From IMG/VR virus record IMGVR_UViG_3300025395_000007: DNA of 64,000 bases. One strand, given 5' to 3'. Position numbers and translations under genes: made by a program. The notes under the pieces are model-generated. The model did no database searches, had not been told where the DNA came from, and saw only the letters and a list, made by a program, of their open reading frames with translations. Numbering within the stretch: position 1 is the stretch's first letter; every line of letters begins with the position of its first letter. Of the stretch, positions 33,811-42,844 are shown in pieces. Origin of the DNA: a virus.

Positions 33811-34224
33811 CTATTCTTCTATATTTTCACTTCTTTTTAGATCGATAGTAAGTTCATCAACAATTTTTAATGCATCTGGATCTTCTTCATCTTCAACAAA
33901 AACTTCTTGCGATATTCTTTGGAAAGGATGGTATATTCCATAGTATTTACACATCGCAGATCGTAAGGATTCAATAATAAAAGCACCATCTTTAATATCT
34001 AACAATTCATCTTCTTGAATTTCTTCATCACCAACCATAGAAAATCCAGCAATGTCTAATTGATTGAATATCATTGGCGCGATACTAGCTATCGTTTCCT
34101 GAATATGATAATGCTTAATCAATTCAACGTTACGATCGATTTCCTCGAACGTAGAGTATTTAGGTTCTTTCACACTTTTTTTAGGAAAGATGATAACATT
34201 GTTGCTTCCTATTATATCATTCAT
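33811..34224 (-). CDS. Hypothetical protein
   Basis: ORF directly after a promoter. Confidence 0.65.
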   Translation of the reverse strand: MNDIIGSNNVIIFPKKSVKEPKYSTFEEIDRNVELIKHYHIQETIASIAPMIFNQLDIAGFSMVGDEEIQEDELLDIKDGAFIIESLRSAMCKYYGIYHPFQRISQEVFVEDEEDPDALKIVDELTIDLKRSENIEE

Positions 34225-34253
34225 AGTATACCTTATTTTTATAGGAAAGTCAA
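34225..34253 (-). promoter_or_regulatory. Sigma70-type promoter
   Basis: Reverse complement TTGACT-N16-TATACT with AAATAAGG. Confidence 0.7.
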
Positions 34254-34271
34254 TCCTTATTTTTATTTATA

Positions 34272-35261
34272 TCATGACGTTCTGTAGACAAATTTAGCCT
34301 TTGGAAATTCACGTGGAACATCCTTCAAACTAGTCAGCAAAGCTTCCCATTGATGGATTCTGCTATTCCAATTATAGAACACATCAGCATAAGCCTTTTG
34401 TACATTTATCTTTTTAAAGTATTCTTCGTCTGAAAGAGTGTTCAACTCTTCAATTGAATTTTTAAGAACGGTGTAAAAGATATTTGCATGATCTGCTAAA
34501 TCTTCGCTATACTGGTACATGTGAGTCCAATTAGCAGAAGTTTCTGGAAGAGCGCCATAGTTAGGATGAACGCAAACAACACCTGCACTCATTGCTTCCA
34601 TAAGAGAGATACAGCTGGTTTCTTCCCAGATATTAGGATAAGAATAGATATGAGCCTTCTTTAAAACTTCATGGATTTCTTCGTTTGATACAGCGCCATG
34701 ATAATTAATACCAGGAGTGTTGTTACAAGCGTCAAACAACTTTTGGAAAGGTTCATCTCTCTGATCCCATCCATAAACTTTGAACGAAGAATAAACATCA
34801 AGTTCAATGTTATCGTATGTTTCTTTTAGCTTCTGGAAAACTGGAACAAGAATTTGCAAACCACGGTGTGGAGTTGTATGATAAACCAACTTGATAACAT
34901 CACGCTTTTTATCTTCAACAGTGAAGTTAATCGGTTCGATGCAATTATGAAGAACAATACACTTATTCCATGGAATTTGATACCTATCGATATAGGCTTT
35001 CATTTGATAATGAGAAGAGAATACCAACTTATGGAACTTTTCCCATCCGCGATTTCTTAGGTGTTCTGATTCTGGGTCACCTGCTAAATCTTGTAACCAA
35101 AGGATACGTACATGATTTTCAGAAAGTTCTTCATGAACACGTGATACAAATATTTGAAAATTATCAAACAGTGCAGGGTCTAAACGCTTTTCAAGCGCAT
35201 ATTTCATTAATTCTGTGCCACCTTTGGCGTTACCAGAAAGTTTATCTTTTGCGAAAGGCAT
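34272..35261 (-). CDS. GT-B (GT4-like) glycosyltransferase
   Basis: GGTE, PHRGL and EETSCISLMEAMSAG motifs. Confidence 0.88.
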   Translation of the reverse strand: MPFAKDKLSGNAKGGTELMKYALEKRLDPALFDNFQIFVSRVHEELSENHVRILWLQDLAGDPESEHLRNRGWEKFHKLVFSSHYQMKAYIDRYQIPWNKCIVLHNCIEPINFTVEDKKRDVIKLVYHTTPHRGLQILVPVFQKLKETYDNIELDVYSSFKVYGWDQRDEPFQKLFDACNNTPGINYHGAVSNEEIHEVLKKAHIYSYPNIWEETSCISLMEAMSAGVVCVHPNYGALPETSANWTHMYQYSEDLADHANIFYTVLKNSIEELNTLSDEEYFKKINVQKAYADVFYNWNSRIHQWEALLTSLKDVPREFPKAKFVYRTS

Positions 35262-35270
35262 TATATGCTC

Positions 35271-36278
35271 CTATTTCAACCAAATTCTATTTTCATTATA
35301 CCAGTTAGAAACCTTTTCGATTCTCTGTTCAATAGGCATCGAAGGTTGCCATCCTAAACCACGTAGATAATCGCCTGAAATAGCGTAACTAAAATCATGT
35401 CCTGGACGTTCAACATTAGGGTCAACTAATTGATAATCAAGTTCAACTTTTAAACTTAAAGCTAACATCCCTGCAATTTGAAGGTTATTCCATTCAATAT
35501 CAGATGCGATGTTAAACTTCGGGCAGGATCCTCCCATACTATTAATAGCAATTTCTTTTAAATTCAAAATGAATAAAAGAGCAGAGGCTACATCCTTAGC
35601 ATGGAGATAACAACGGCTACCAATCTTGTTGGTTTTGCTATCATAGTGGATAATTAATTGTTCTTTATTGACAATTTTCTTGAGACACATAGGAATGTAT
35701 TTTTCGGGATTCTGACGTTCGCCGTAGACATTCATTGTATGCGTAATGTATATAGGCAGTTTGTAAGTGTTCTGATATGCTACGCACATAGCCTCACCAG
35801 CCGCTTTAGAAGCCGAGTAAGGGTTGGTAGGATTAAATCTATCATATTCAGAGAAACTATATCCAGGAACTGCTGGGCCAAATACTTCATCCGTAGAGAA
35901 GTATACAAAACGATTGAGGTTATCTAAAGTTCTGGCATATTCCAATAGATTGACAGTGGCAACTACGTTGTTCTCAACAAATTCCATGGGAAACTTGATA
36001 GAGCGTGTGACATGAGATGCAGCTGCTACATGTAGGATAATATCAATTGGTCCGATAGTATCGGCGATTTGCGGGCTAATAGCTGCCCGAAGATCATGAT
36101 GAACAACTCTAACACGTGACTTGTCGGCCCGACCGCCGACAACCTCTTCAATTCTGTTGAGGTTACCAGAGAAATCGAGCCGATCCAAGCTGACGATATT
36201 ATAGTCTGTATTATCAAGAAAATACTCAATAATATGGTGGCCGATAAATCCCGCGCCACCCGTCAATAATACATTCAT
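35271..36278 (-). CDS. NDP-sugar dehydratase (dTDP-glucose 4,6-dehydratase-like)
   Basis: TGGAGFIG, AASHV, STDEVFG, YSASK and RPGHD motifs. Confidence 0.92.
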   Translation of the reverse strand: MNVLLTGGAGFIGHHIIEYFLDNTDYNIVSLDRLDFSGNLNRIEEVVGGRADKSRVRVVHHDLRAAISPQIADTIGPIDIILHVAAASHVTRSIKFPMEFVENNVVATVNLLEYARTLDNLNRFVYFSTDEVFGPAVPGYSFSEYDRFNPTNPYSASKAAGEAMCVAYQNTYKLPIYITHTMNVYGERQNPEKYIPMCLKKIVNKEQLIIHYDSKTNKIGSRCYLHAKDVASALLFILNLKEIAINSMGGSCPKFNIASDIEWNNLQIAGMLALSLKVELDYQLVDPNVERPGHDFSYAISGDYLRGLGWQPSMPIEQRIEKVSNWYNENRIWLK

Positions 36279-36280
36279 TT

Positions 36281-36637
36281 TTATGCCTGTCTAGTAATAA
36301 ACAACTCACGTTCGCTATTCGTATGGAAAAACTCACGAACAGTCTGAACAACAACATCCTTGTCGAATGTCTTGCAGCTGAAAACATCAAGATAGAATGT
36401 ATCAGTATCGTTACAAAAATGAGCGCAGATATTTGATGTTTCGATCAGCTGAACAAGCGTGTAACCTGCCTTATTACCAGTACCGAAATTGACAATCTGT
36501 GGTTCGCCATAAGCTACCATATCAATACGCTTGACTAATTCCTTAGTAAATGCTGCGATATTTGCAGAGTCAGTAATAGATGCATGATCCGCTCCAGCGC
36601 AGTCAAGCATAAGATGGTAGCCCCAATAGTTAGCCAT
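36281..36637 (-). CDS. speD: S-adenosylmethionine decarboxylase proenzyme
   Basis: GYHLMLDC, QLIETSNICAH and LDVFSCK motifs. Confidence 0.8.
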   Translation of the reverse strand: MANYWGYHLMLDCAGADHASITDSANIAAFTKELVKRIDMVAYGEPQIVNFGTGNKAGYTLVQLIETSNICAHFCNDTDTFYLDVFSCKTFDKDVVVQTVREFFHTNSERELFITRQA

Positions 36638-36926
36638 TATTTTCCTCATAATTAATCTTGTTAATAAAATTTAGTTTCTTGTCTTCAGTCCATGTTTGTA
36701 GATAGTCATTATCTTCATCAAACATACGAAGGTATTCTTCCTTGCTAATCTCACGATGAGAAAGGATAACTGTAGGCTCTAGATGCTGTTGTGAAAATTC
36801 TGCGAAATCCGAATCTGTTTCTCTCATAACAACTTCATCAAGAGCATGATCAATATCATCTTCAACTTCTACACAATAACGTAAACGAAATTGTGATAGA
36901 ACATCAACCATAACAAGCTTTTTCAT
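36630..36926 (-). CDS. Hypothetical protein
   Basis: Coupled ORF starting MKKLVMV. Confidence 0.65.
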   Translation of the reverse strand: MKKLVMVDVLSQFRLRYCVEVEDDIDHALDEVVMRETDSDFAEFSQQHLEPTVILSHREISKEEYLRMFDEDNDYLQTWTEDKKLNFINKINYEENNG

Positions 36927-36927
36927 A

Positions 36928-37203
36928 TTAGTATGCAGGCAATGATTGGATATAAACAATGCTATCGATACGGAAAGAACGCCATCCGTTTTGTTCGATA
37001 TCCCATGCGCAAATAACATCTGTATTCTCTGCATGATATTGTTTTTCAGCTTCAATCTCTTCGTTGATATATTTAGCTGGTAGCATTTCAGGCTTTAGAG
37101 TACATTTCATAATTCGATTATTACCATCGACCTTTGTGAAAGAAACTTCAATCACATTTACTCTCAAATCTTTGAGAATTTCATCACGCTTATATAATCC
37201 CAT
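36928..37203 (-). CDS. SH3/WYL-like small phage protein
   Basis: FTKVDG..R.MKCTL...WDIEQNGWRSFR. Confidence 0.7.
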   Translation of the reverse strand: MGLYKRDEILKDLRVNVIEVSFTKVDGNNRIMKCTLKPEMLPAKYINEEIEAEKQYHAENTDVICAWDIEQNGWRSFRIDSIVYIQSLPAY

Positions 37204-37204
37204 A

Positions 37205-37468
37205 TCAATTGCCCTCATTCAAAAGTTTACGAGTGTCTTGTGTTTCTTCCATTAGCTTATGGCGAAGTTCGGTGTACCCACCAATACGAAACCCATCAAT
37301 AACAACTACTGGAAATGATTTTGCTTCTGGAAATTTCTCTAAAAGAATTTCGCGAGTAAAATCTTCATCCAATTTCTGTTCGGTAAAAGGAATTTGCTGA
37401 TCCCGAAGTAAGCTCTTTGCTCGCGAGCAATAAGGGCAATCGGGCTTTGTATAGATTTCTACATTCAT
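37205..37468 (-). CDS. Glutaredoxin
   Basis: CPYC, SFP and IGGY motifs. Confidence 0.93.
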   Translation of the reverse strand: MNVEIYTKPDCPYCSRAKSLLRDQQIPFTEQKLDEDFTREILLEKFPEAKSFPVVVIDGFRIGGYTELRHKLMEETQDTRKLLNEGN

Positions 37469-37590
37469 GATAATTTAGTCTCCCAGTACATTTCAATGTC
37501 ATAACCATTATCTGGATCATACCCAGATTCAACCATATCTAATCTAACGAGCAGTTCAAGATCGCTATATCGTGATACAAAATCAAACAT
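37465..37590 (-). CDS. 41-aa hypothetical protein
   Basis: Manual translation; GGAGGA RBS; promoter upstream; ATGA coupling. Confidence 0.55.
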   Translation of the reverse strand: MFDFVSRYSDLELLVRLDMVESGYDPDNGYDIEMYWETKLS

Positions 37591-37622
37591 ATTATCCTCC
37601 ATAATCTATTATACTATAGATT

Positions 37623-38183
37623 TCAATAAAAGTCAACAATTTCATCTGCAACGCCTAACTGAACTGCTTCTTCTGCAGTTAACCAAACATCTTCGGGCGG
37701 CAACAAATATTTCTTAATCTTAGCTTCTGTTAAGCCAGTGCATTTCTTATAATGCTCAATGATTCTATCATTGGTGTTATTAAATTCTTTAACGCGAGCC
37801 ATAAGTTCATGTTCCTTACCAAAGGACATCCATGAAAATTGGTGAGAAAGTATGCTGGTATTCTTAGTAATATACCGATGCCCTTTTTTACCTGCAATGA
37901 AGGTAAGCAACCCGCAACTTGCAATTTCACCAAGACCATAGGTATAAACTGGAATACTTGATCCCCTCATCGTATCGATAAGTGCAAATGCAGATGGCAC
38001 TTCTCCACCAGGAGAATTGATAATCATCTTGATCATTTTAGGATAATCTTTTTTCATCAAGTTACGGGCAATAATAAACTCGATCGCGTCACCTGTTGTG
38101 TGAGGGTCGAATGCTTTATTGAAAAGTAAATAATGATGATCTGCGATATTTGGAATATTAGTTTTATCTTCTTTTATGATCAT
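37623..38183 (-). CDS. clpP: ClpP-like serine protease
   Basis: INSPGG, ASCG (catalytic Ser), HQ and DVWLTAEEAVQLGVAD motifs. Confidence 0.9.
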   Translation of the reverse strand: MIIKEDKTNIPNIADHHYLLFNKAFDPHTTGDAIEFIIARNLMKKDYPKMIKMIINSPGGEVPSAFALIDTMRGSSIPVYTYGLGEIASCGLLTFIAGKKGHRYITKNTSILSHQFSWMSFGKEHELMARVKEFNNTNDRIIEHYKKCTGLTEAKIKKYLLPPEDVWLTAEEAVQLGVADEIVDFY

Positions 38184-38225
38184 AATGTTTCCAGTTCTAA
38201 TGGAGTGGGGATTTCTCCCCACTCT

Positions 38226-38684
38226 TTATTTTATATTTTTCATTACTTTTTTGCAATAAGAAGAATCTTTTGCTATTGATTCTAATCCTCTATTATATAG
38301 AGTAGCTGCATGACACAAATTACCATCTGCTTTGTCGATGGCCATTTTTAAATATTGAAAGGCATATTCTAGATTGGTATCAGGGTCGTATAACTGACTA
38401 CATTTTCCTTCCAATCCTAGGTTTCGAGCAGTACCGCATTGGATTTGCCCGAGACCAACTGAACTTCCGTTTCGCGCTTTAATATTATAGTTTGATTCTA
38501 CTGTAATAATTGCATGCGCAAAAGATGGAAGTATTTGATGTTGATTAGCTTTATATGTAACTAGATCTTGTATAGTTAGATTTCCTTTCTGATCTTGCTC
38601 GTCTGAACGAGCTTCACATGAGGTTACATAGGCTGAAGTCAACATACTAATCCCCATAAGGGGGTATAGTATAAGTCTCTTCAT
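38226..38684 (-). CDS. Lytic transglycosylase (SLT) with N-terminal signal or anchor
   Basis: VESNYN, GLGQI and YN.G motifs. Confidence 0.88.
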   Translation of the reverse strand: MKRLILYPLMGISMLTSAYVTSCEARSDEQDQKGNLTIQDLVTYKANQHQILPSFAHAIITVESNYNIKARNGSSVGLGQIQCGTARNLGLEGKCSQLYDPDTNLEYAFQYLKMAIDKADGNLCHAATLYNRGLESIAKDSSYCKKVMKNIK

Positions 38685-38766
38685 CTTCTCTCCTTAGTGG
38701 TTACATAGAGATACTCTCTCTATGCTTTACACAATAAGCGATAAAGGATAACGCTTTGTGATATAC

Positions 38767-38774
38767 TATTTATA
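38767..38774 (-). promoter_or_regulatory. Late promoter TATAAATA for the SLT gene
   Basis: Exact consensus on the minus strand, inside an ATATACTA/TAGTATAT palindrome. Confidence 0.7.
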
Positions 38775-38783
38775 GTATATGGA

Positions 38784-38859
38784 TGGTAGGCATGGCCCGA
38801 CTCGAACGGACACTGGTGCTCTTATGAGGAGCAGGTACTAACCCTTATACGACACGCCC
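38784..38859 (-). tRNA. tRNA-Ile2/Met(CAT)
   Basis: Reverse complement GGGCGTG...TGCTC-CTCATAA-GAGCA...CATGCCTACCA. Confidence 0.88.
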
Positions 38860-38878
38860 AATTTTTTTATTTTTACAG

Positions 38879-38947
38879 TTATCTCCATGCCTTTTTTTGT
38901 TGATTGTATAAAATTTCTTTCATACGGTCGGCGGCGTAGGAAGCTGC
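38879..38947 (-). repeat. Diverged duplicate of the 3' end of the upstream gene
   Basis: Translates AASYAADRMKEILYNQQKKAWR* versus the gene end AASYCADRLKEILYNQQKIA*. Confidence 0.8.
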
Positions 38948-38950
38948 GTT

Positions 38951-39436
38951 TTATGCTATTTTTTGTTGGTTATATAAAATTTCTTTTAGTCGGTCAGCGC
39001 AATAAGATGCAGCAAAAGCATTTGGTTTAACAAGAGGAATAACATTACACATACCCCTAATGTAACCAGTTGCTTCGTTGATAACACAAGAAGAACCATG
39101 ATGTTCATCAGGATTAATATCCAAATGCACTTCAACATGCCTATCCTCCAACACTTCTGCCAATTTCAAATATAACTCAGCAATTTTCATCACTTCATTC
39201 ATCAACCGCATACGAGGTTTATCTTTTTGTTGATCATAATCACGTTCACGAACAACTTCACCAAAAATCTTACAACCACGATTACCCTCATAATGTACAA
39301 CAATGGCTAATGTATAATCTGCATACCATACATTATTAATCAGGAAACGTTCTGAATCACCACCGATATAGATTTTTGTTGCTGGTGATTGAGCATTGAT
39401 GAATGTCGCAACTTCTGTTAGATCAATTTTCTTCAT
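38951..39436 (-). CDS. RNase H-like YkuK-family protein
   Basis: IYIGGDS, RLMNEV, EVHLDIN and AASYCAD motifs. Confidence 0.8.
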   Translation of the reverse strand: MKKIDLTEVATFINAQSPATKIYIGGDSERFLINNVWYADYTLAIVVHYEGNRGCKIFGEVVRERDYDQQKDKPRMRLMNEVMKIAELYLKLAEVLEDRHVEVHLDINPDEHHGSSCVINEATGYIRGMCNVIPLVKPNAFAASYCADRLKEILYNQQKIA

Positions 39437-39453
39437 ATTTCACCTATTTGTTT

Positions 39454-39535
39454 TGGTGCCCACGGTCAGACTCGAACTGACAAGCCGAAGCGGGAGATTT
39501 TAAGTCTCCTGAGTTTACCATTTCTCCACGTGGGC
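39454..39535 (-). tRNA. tRNA-Leu(TAA)
   Basis: Reverse complement GCCCACG...GGAGA-CTTAAAA-TCTCC...CGTGGGCACCA. Confidence 0.92.
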
Positions 39536-39545
39536 GAGAATTCAA

Positions 39546-39573
39546 TTATACCTTATTTTAATAAAAAAGTCAA
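39546..39573 (-). promoter_or_regulatory. Sigma70-type promoter
   Basis: Reverse complement TTGACT-N16-TATAAT with AAATAAGG. Confidence 0.75.
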
Positions 39574-39574
39574 A

Positions 39575-39988
39575 TTAAATTTTCACATGCGCCTTATGAA
39601 TTTTTACAGAGATCCATGAATTATAATATAAATCACTTTCTAAAACTTTATGTTCAAATTGCTGTTTAGCTTCCCAGTAATTACATTCGCCCTTTGTCTT
39701 ACAAAGTCTTAATATAACTCTTTGAAATTTATCAGCGCCTGTTTTTTCAACATCTTCTTGTAGTTCTTTATTAGAACCGTAATATGTTTTCCAATCTGAG
39801 GCTATTTTAACTTTTTTTCGTTTACCCTTGACCTGTTTGGTCCTAGAGAATTTGAAAAGTTTTTTACCAATATACATACGTTGATTTGTAAGATTGGTTA
39901 TCATGTAGATAAAACCTACATAATCTTCTATTATTTCTTCTTGTATCGGTATACCATAGTAAAGCCATGGATTTTCATAATCAGACAT
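39575..39988 (-). CDS. GIY-YIG endonuclease (Seg-like, catalytic domain only)
   Basis: FIYMITN...MYIGKK, YYGS and YYN motifs. Confidence 0.82.
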   Translation of the reverse strand: MSDYENPWLYYGIPIQEEIIEDYVGFIYMITNLTNQRMYIGKKLFKFSRTKQVKGKRKKVKIASDWKTYYGSNKELQEDVEKTGADKFQRVILRLCKTKGECNYWEAKQQFEHKVLESDLYYNSWISVKIHKAHVKI

Positions 39989-40020
39989 ATGGGGGAACTC
40001 CTATTCCCCCATATTTAGTT

Positions 40021-40188
40021 TTAGAAATGATCCCTATCTTGATCATCCCATTCATCTTCGTCTTCAAACTTCTCTGTCTTAGTAAGTTTTGAAGCGCAGA
40101 ATGGGCAATACTCAGGGTCATTCACTGTATCATGAATGATTTCAAATTCAGCTTCGCATTCCGAACAAGTGATTATGTTGTCAGCCAT
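40021..40188 (-). CDS. Small zinc-ribbon protein (55 aa)
   Basis: Manual translation with CSEC...CPFC and an acidic tail. Confidence 0.65.
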   Translation of the reverse strand: MADNIITCSECEAEFEIIHDTVNDPEYCPFCASKLTKTEKFEDEDEWDDQDRDHF

Positions 40189-40190
40189 TT

Positions 40191-40994
40191 TTATTCCTTA
40201 CACTGTTTTTTCTTATCGTCCGCCAGTGTTTTTAAATCAACTGGAAGAAGTGGGTTCTTAACTGTTTTTGAATCAGGAACAGGAAAAGTTGAACCTGTTA
40301 CTTTTTCAACATCAGCGACCGTTACTTGATACTTTGTAAAATCTGAATCAAGTCCCGATGTATTACTCATTAAGAAAGCATATGACTTTTTAGAAGTATC
40401 ATCAATCACAATTTTAAATAGAGCGTCTGGAATAACTACCTTATCAGCACCAATAGTTTTAGAGGCTGATGTATAGATATTACCTGCATATTCAGTAAAT
40501 GGATGCTTAGTTGAATACACCCATGCACGTGCAGCTGATTCTAAATTCTTCCAAGTGCCACGATTAACAGCAGGAAGCTGTGGGCTCATGTTAGACATAA
40601 GGAATGACTCATGTTCAACCTGCGGATCCCAAGACATATCAGCGTCATTAGCTAGGTGGCCTTGGTCATAGCCAGAAGCCGCATAATCTTTAGGATCAGA
40701 ACGCTGCGTTACTGGAAGAGATTGGTCTGCAGCGAAAGAATTAGTGCGAGCGACGCAACCAATTGCGTGATCAGGAGTAAGAGTCCAAGCGACCCAATTT
40801 GGGATTTTTGCAACAGCATCATGCTCAAGAATGTAAGCAGTACGACAGATAACAGGGTGATTTGCAACAGTAGAAGGTAATCCATATGGTACTTGCACTT
40901 TACATGTGTCAACTGGTTTTGGTGGTTGCTGATCAGCAGCGTATGCTGATGTAGCAATCAATAAACTAAAGAGAAAACCCTTTAAATGTTTCAT
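40191..40994 (-). CDS. Exported DNA/RNA non-specific endonuclease (NucA/EndA-type)
   Basis: Signal peptide ending AYA; DQGH; NMSPQ...NRG.W..LE. Confidence 0.9.
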   Translation of the reverse strand: MKHLKGFLFSLLIATSAYAADQQPPKPVDTCKVQVPYGLPSTVANHPVICRTAYILEHDAVAKIPNWVAWTLTPDHAIGCVARTNSFAADQSLPVTQRSDPKDYAASGYDQGHLANDADMSWDPQVEHESFLMSNMSPQLPAVNRGTWKNLESAARAWVYSTKHPFTEYAGNIYTSASKTIGADKVVIPDALFKIVIDDTSKKSYAFLMSNTSGLDSDFTKYQVTVADVEKVTGSTFPVPDSKTVKNPLLPVDLKTLADDKKKQCKE

Positions 40995-42057
40995 TATTTA
41001 CGTCCTTTTTTACGCCACCGCCAATATAGCTAGTGATCTCAGTTTCTTGTGGTGCTACTTGAACATCAGCACCGCTTATCCATTTTTGTGTCCAAGGAAG
41101 TGGGTTGGATCCACCCTTATAAGGTGCAGGTAATCCAACAGCAGTCATTCTTTTATTAGCAATCCAGTCTATATAGTCATTCAAAAGAACTTCATTTAGA
41201 CCAATCATTGATCCATCTTGGAACAAATACTTAGCCCATGCTTTCTCTTGATTAACTGCATCAACGAACATCTTTACACATTCGTCTCTTGTCTCTTCGC
41301 GAATTTTGATAAAGTCAGGGTCATCTTGTGGTAATGTTTTTAACAGCTGTTGAGTACCAGCAAGATGAAGGTTCTCATCGCGTGCAATCAACTTGATGAT
41401 CTTAGCATTGCCTTCCATCTTTTTCAATTCAGCAAATGCCCACGAGCAAGCAAAGCTGACATAGAAACGAACACCCTCGAGGATATTGACTGACATAAGA
41501 GCGAGCCAAAGAGATTTCTTATGGCGGTAAATATCTTTATCGATAATGTTAAGAGCCAAACGATTATTCATATCAATAAGATCATCGTAGTACTTGCTGA
41601 TATCGCCAGCGCAGTCTACGATTTCTTTCATATCCATCATCCCATCAAAGATGATCGAGGGGTCAGAGTATACGTTCCGAATGATGTGAGTGTAACTGCG
41701 TGAGTGAATAGATTCACTGAATGCCCATGTAAGGATCCAGTTCTCGAGTTCAGGAAGTGAGCAGATAGGACCAAAGGCGGCTGTTGGAGCCCTCCCCTGT
41801 ACTGAGTCAAGAAGGATCTGTCGCTTGAGGTTGCTAGTGAAGATGTGCTGCTCATGTACAGTTAGCCCTTTGAAGTCTTTAGCATCGCGATAAACGTCAA
41901 TTTCTTCTGGACGCCAAAAGAAACCAAGCTGTGACTGAGTTAGTTTTTCAAGAAAAGGATACTTCTGCTTATCATAGCGAGCGATAGTTACGGGATCATC
42001 AAAGAACGCCTTGACTTTAGTTGGATCTTTGTGATTGGTAGCATCGAATACTGACAT
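40966..42057 (-). CDS. nrdB: Ribonucleotide reductase class Ia beta subunit
   Basis: FFWRPEEID, ESIHSRSY, EGVRFYVSF and RDENLH motifs. Confidence 0.96.
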   Translation of the reverse strand: MSVFDATNHKDPTKVKAFFDDPVTIARYDKQKYPFLEKLTQSQLGFFWRPEEIDVYRDAKDFKGLTVHEQHIFTSNLKRQILLDSVQGRAPTAAFGPICSLPELENWILTWAFSESIHSRSYTHIIRNVYSDPSIIFDGMMDMKEIVDCAGDISKYYDDLIDMNNRLALNIIDKDIYRHKKSLWLALMSVNILEGVRFYVSFACSWAFAELKKMEGNAKIIKLIARDENLHLAGTQQLLKTLPQDDPDFIKIREETRDECVKMFVDAVNQEKAWAKYLFQDGSMIGLNEVLLNDYIDWIANKRMTAVGLPAPYKGGSNPLPWTQKWISGADVQVAPQETEITSYIGGGVKKDVNNETFKGFSL

Positions 42058-42428
42058 TACCTTTTTTCCCACGACTGAGCTGGATCAGCTGGACCATTAG
42101 CCCCTAATGGCGCGTAACTGTTTCTACTAATGCTACCAACTGCACCAATAGCGCCTGTACTCATATTATATCCGCCATACGTTCCTGATATTCCTCTAAC
42201 AGAAACATTTGATGGGCATGAAGGGTTGTAACATACTTCATGACTAATGCCTGATTTACCACACGTAGAACATGATGTCCATGGTTGAGTTGGTACAACT
42301 GGTGGATATTTATTTGGTGGATATTGATTTTGTGCTTTTTCTTTAGCTTCTTTCATAGCAAGGTTCCAACCGTCCATGAAACCTTCTCTGTATATGTCAA
42401 GTTGACCTTTAATATTTTCAATTGTCAC
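42057..42428 (-). CDS. Hypothetical protein with CxxC motifs
   Basis: Coupled ORF between nrdA and nrdB. Confidence 0.55.
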   Translation of the reverse strand: MTIENIKGQLDIYREGFMDGWNLAMKEAKEKAQNQYPPNKYPPVVPTQPWTSCSTCGKSGISHEVCYNPSCPSNVSVRGISGTYGGYNMSTGAIGAVGSISRNSYAPLGANGPADPAQSWEKR

Positions 42429-42619
42429 GCTGCTTTTCTCCAGTACTTCTTAGCATCATAATCCATATATCCCTCAGGCATTTCGTATAGCTTTTTAGTT
42501 TCAAATTCAAACAAACATGGTACAAGATTATCCTCAGTTTTCTTGTGAACAATAGCGAGTTCTAAAGTTTTTTCGATCTTGTGAAAGATCTCTTCGTTAG
42601 TGAGATTAATCTTTTCCAT
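42425..42619 (-). CDS. Hypothetical protein
   Basis: AAGGAG RBS. Confidence 0.6.
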   Translation of the reverse strand: MEKINLTNEEIFHKIEKTLELAIVHKKTEDNLVPCLFEFETKKLYEMPEGYMDYDAKKYWRKAA

Positions 42620-42637
42620 CTTTATCTCCTTATGTTT

Positions 42638-42844
42638 TTACCATCTTCCGTCGTCTATCATTACAGAGATCTTCAAAAATAGTATTTTAACATCTAGCCA
42701 GAACAAACATCCAGGGTCGCTATCACTTTCAGTTGAGTACATCCATACAAATGGACTTCTAAACCAAACAAAGGGATTCAAGTAGATCTGAATATTAAAG
42801 TAAGACCACTTGATATAGTTCATTAAATTGTGCATGCTACGCAA
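42638..42844 (-). CDS. Small hydrophobic hypothetical protein (start probably 42823)
   Basis: Fills the gap after nrdA. Confidence 0.45.
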   Translation of the reverse strand: MRSMHNLMNYIKWSYFNIQIYLNPFVWFRSPFVWMYSTESDSDPGCLFWLDVKILFLKISVMIDDGRW

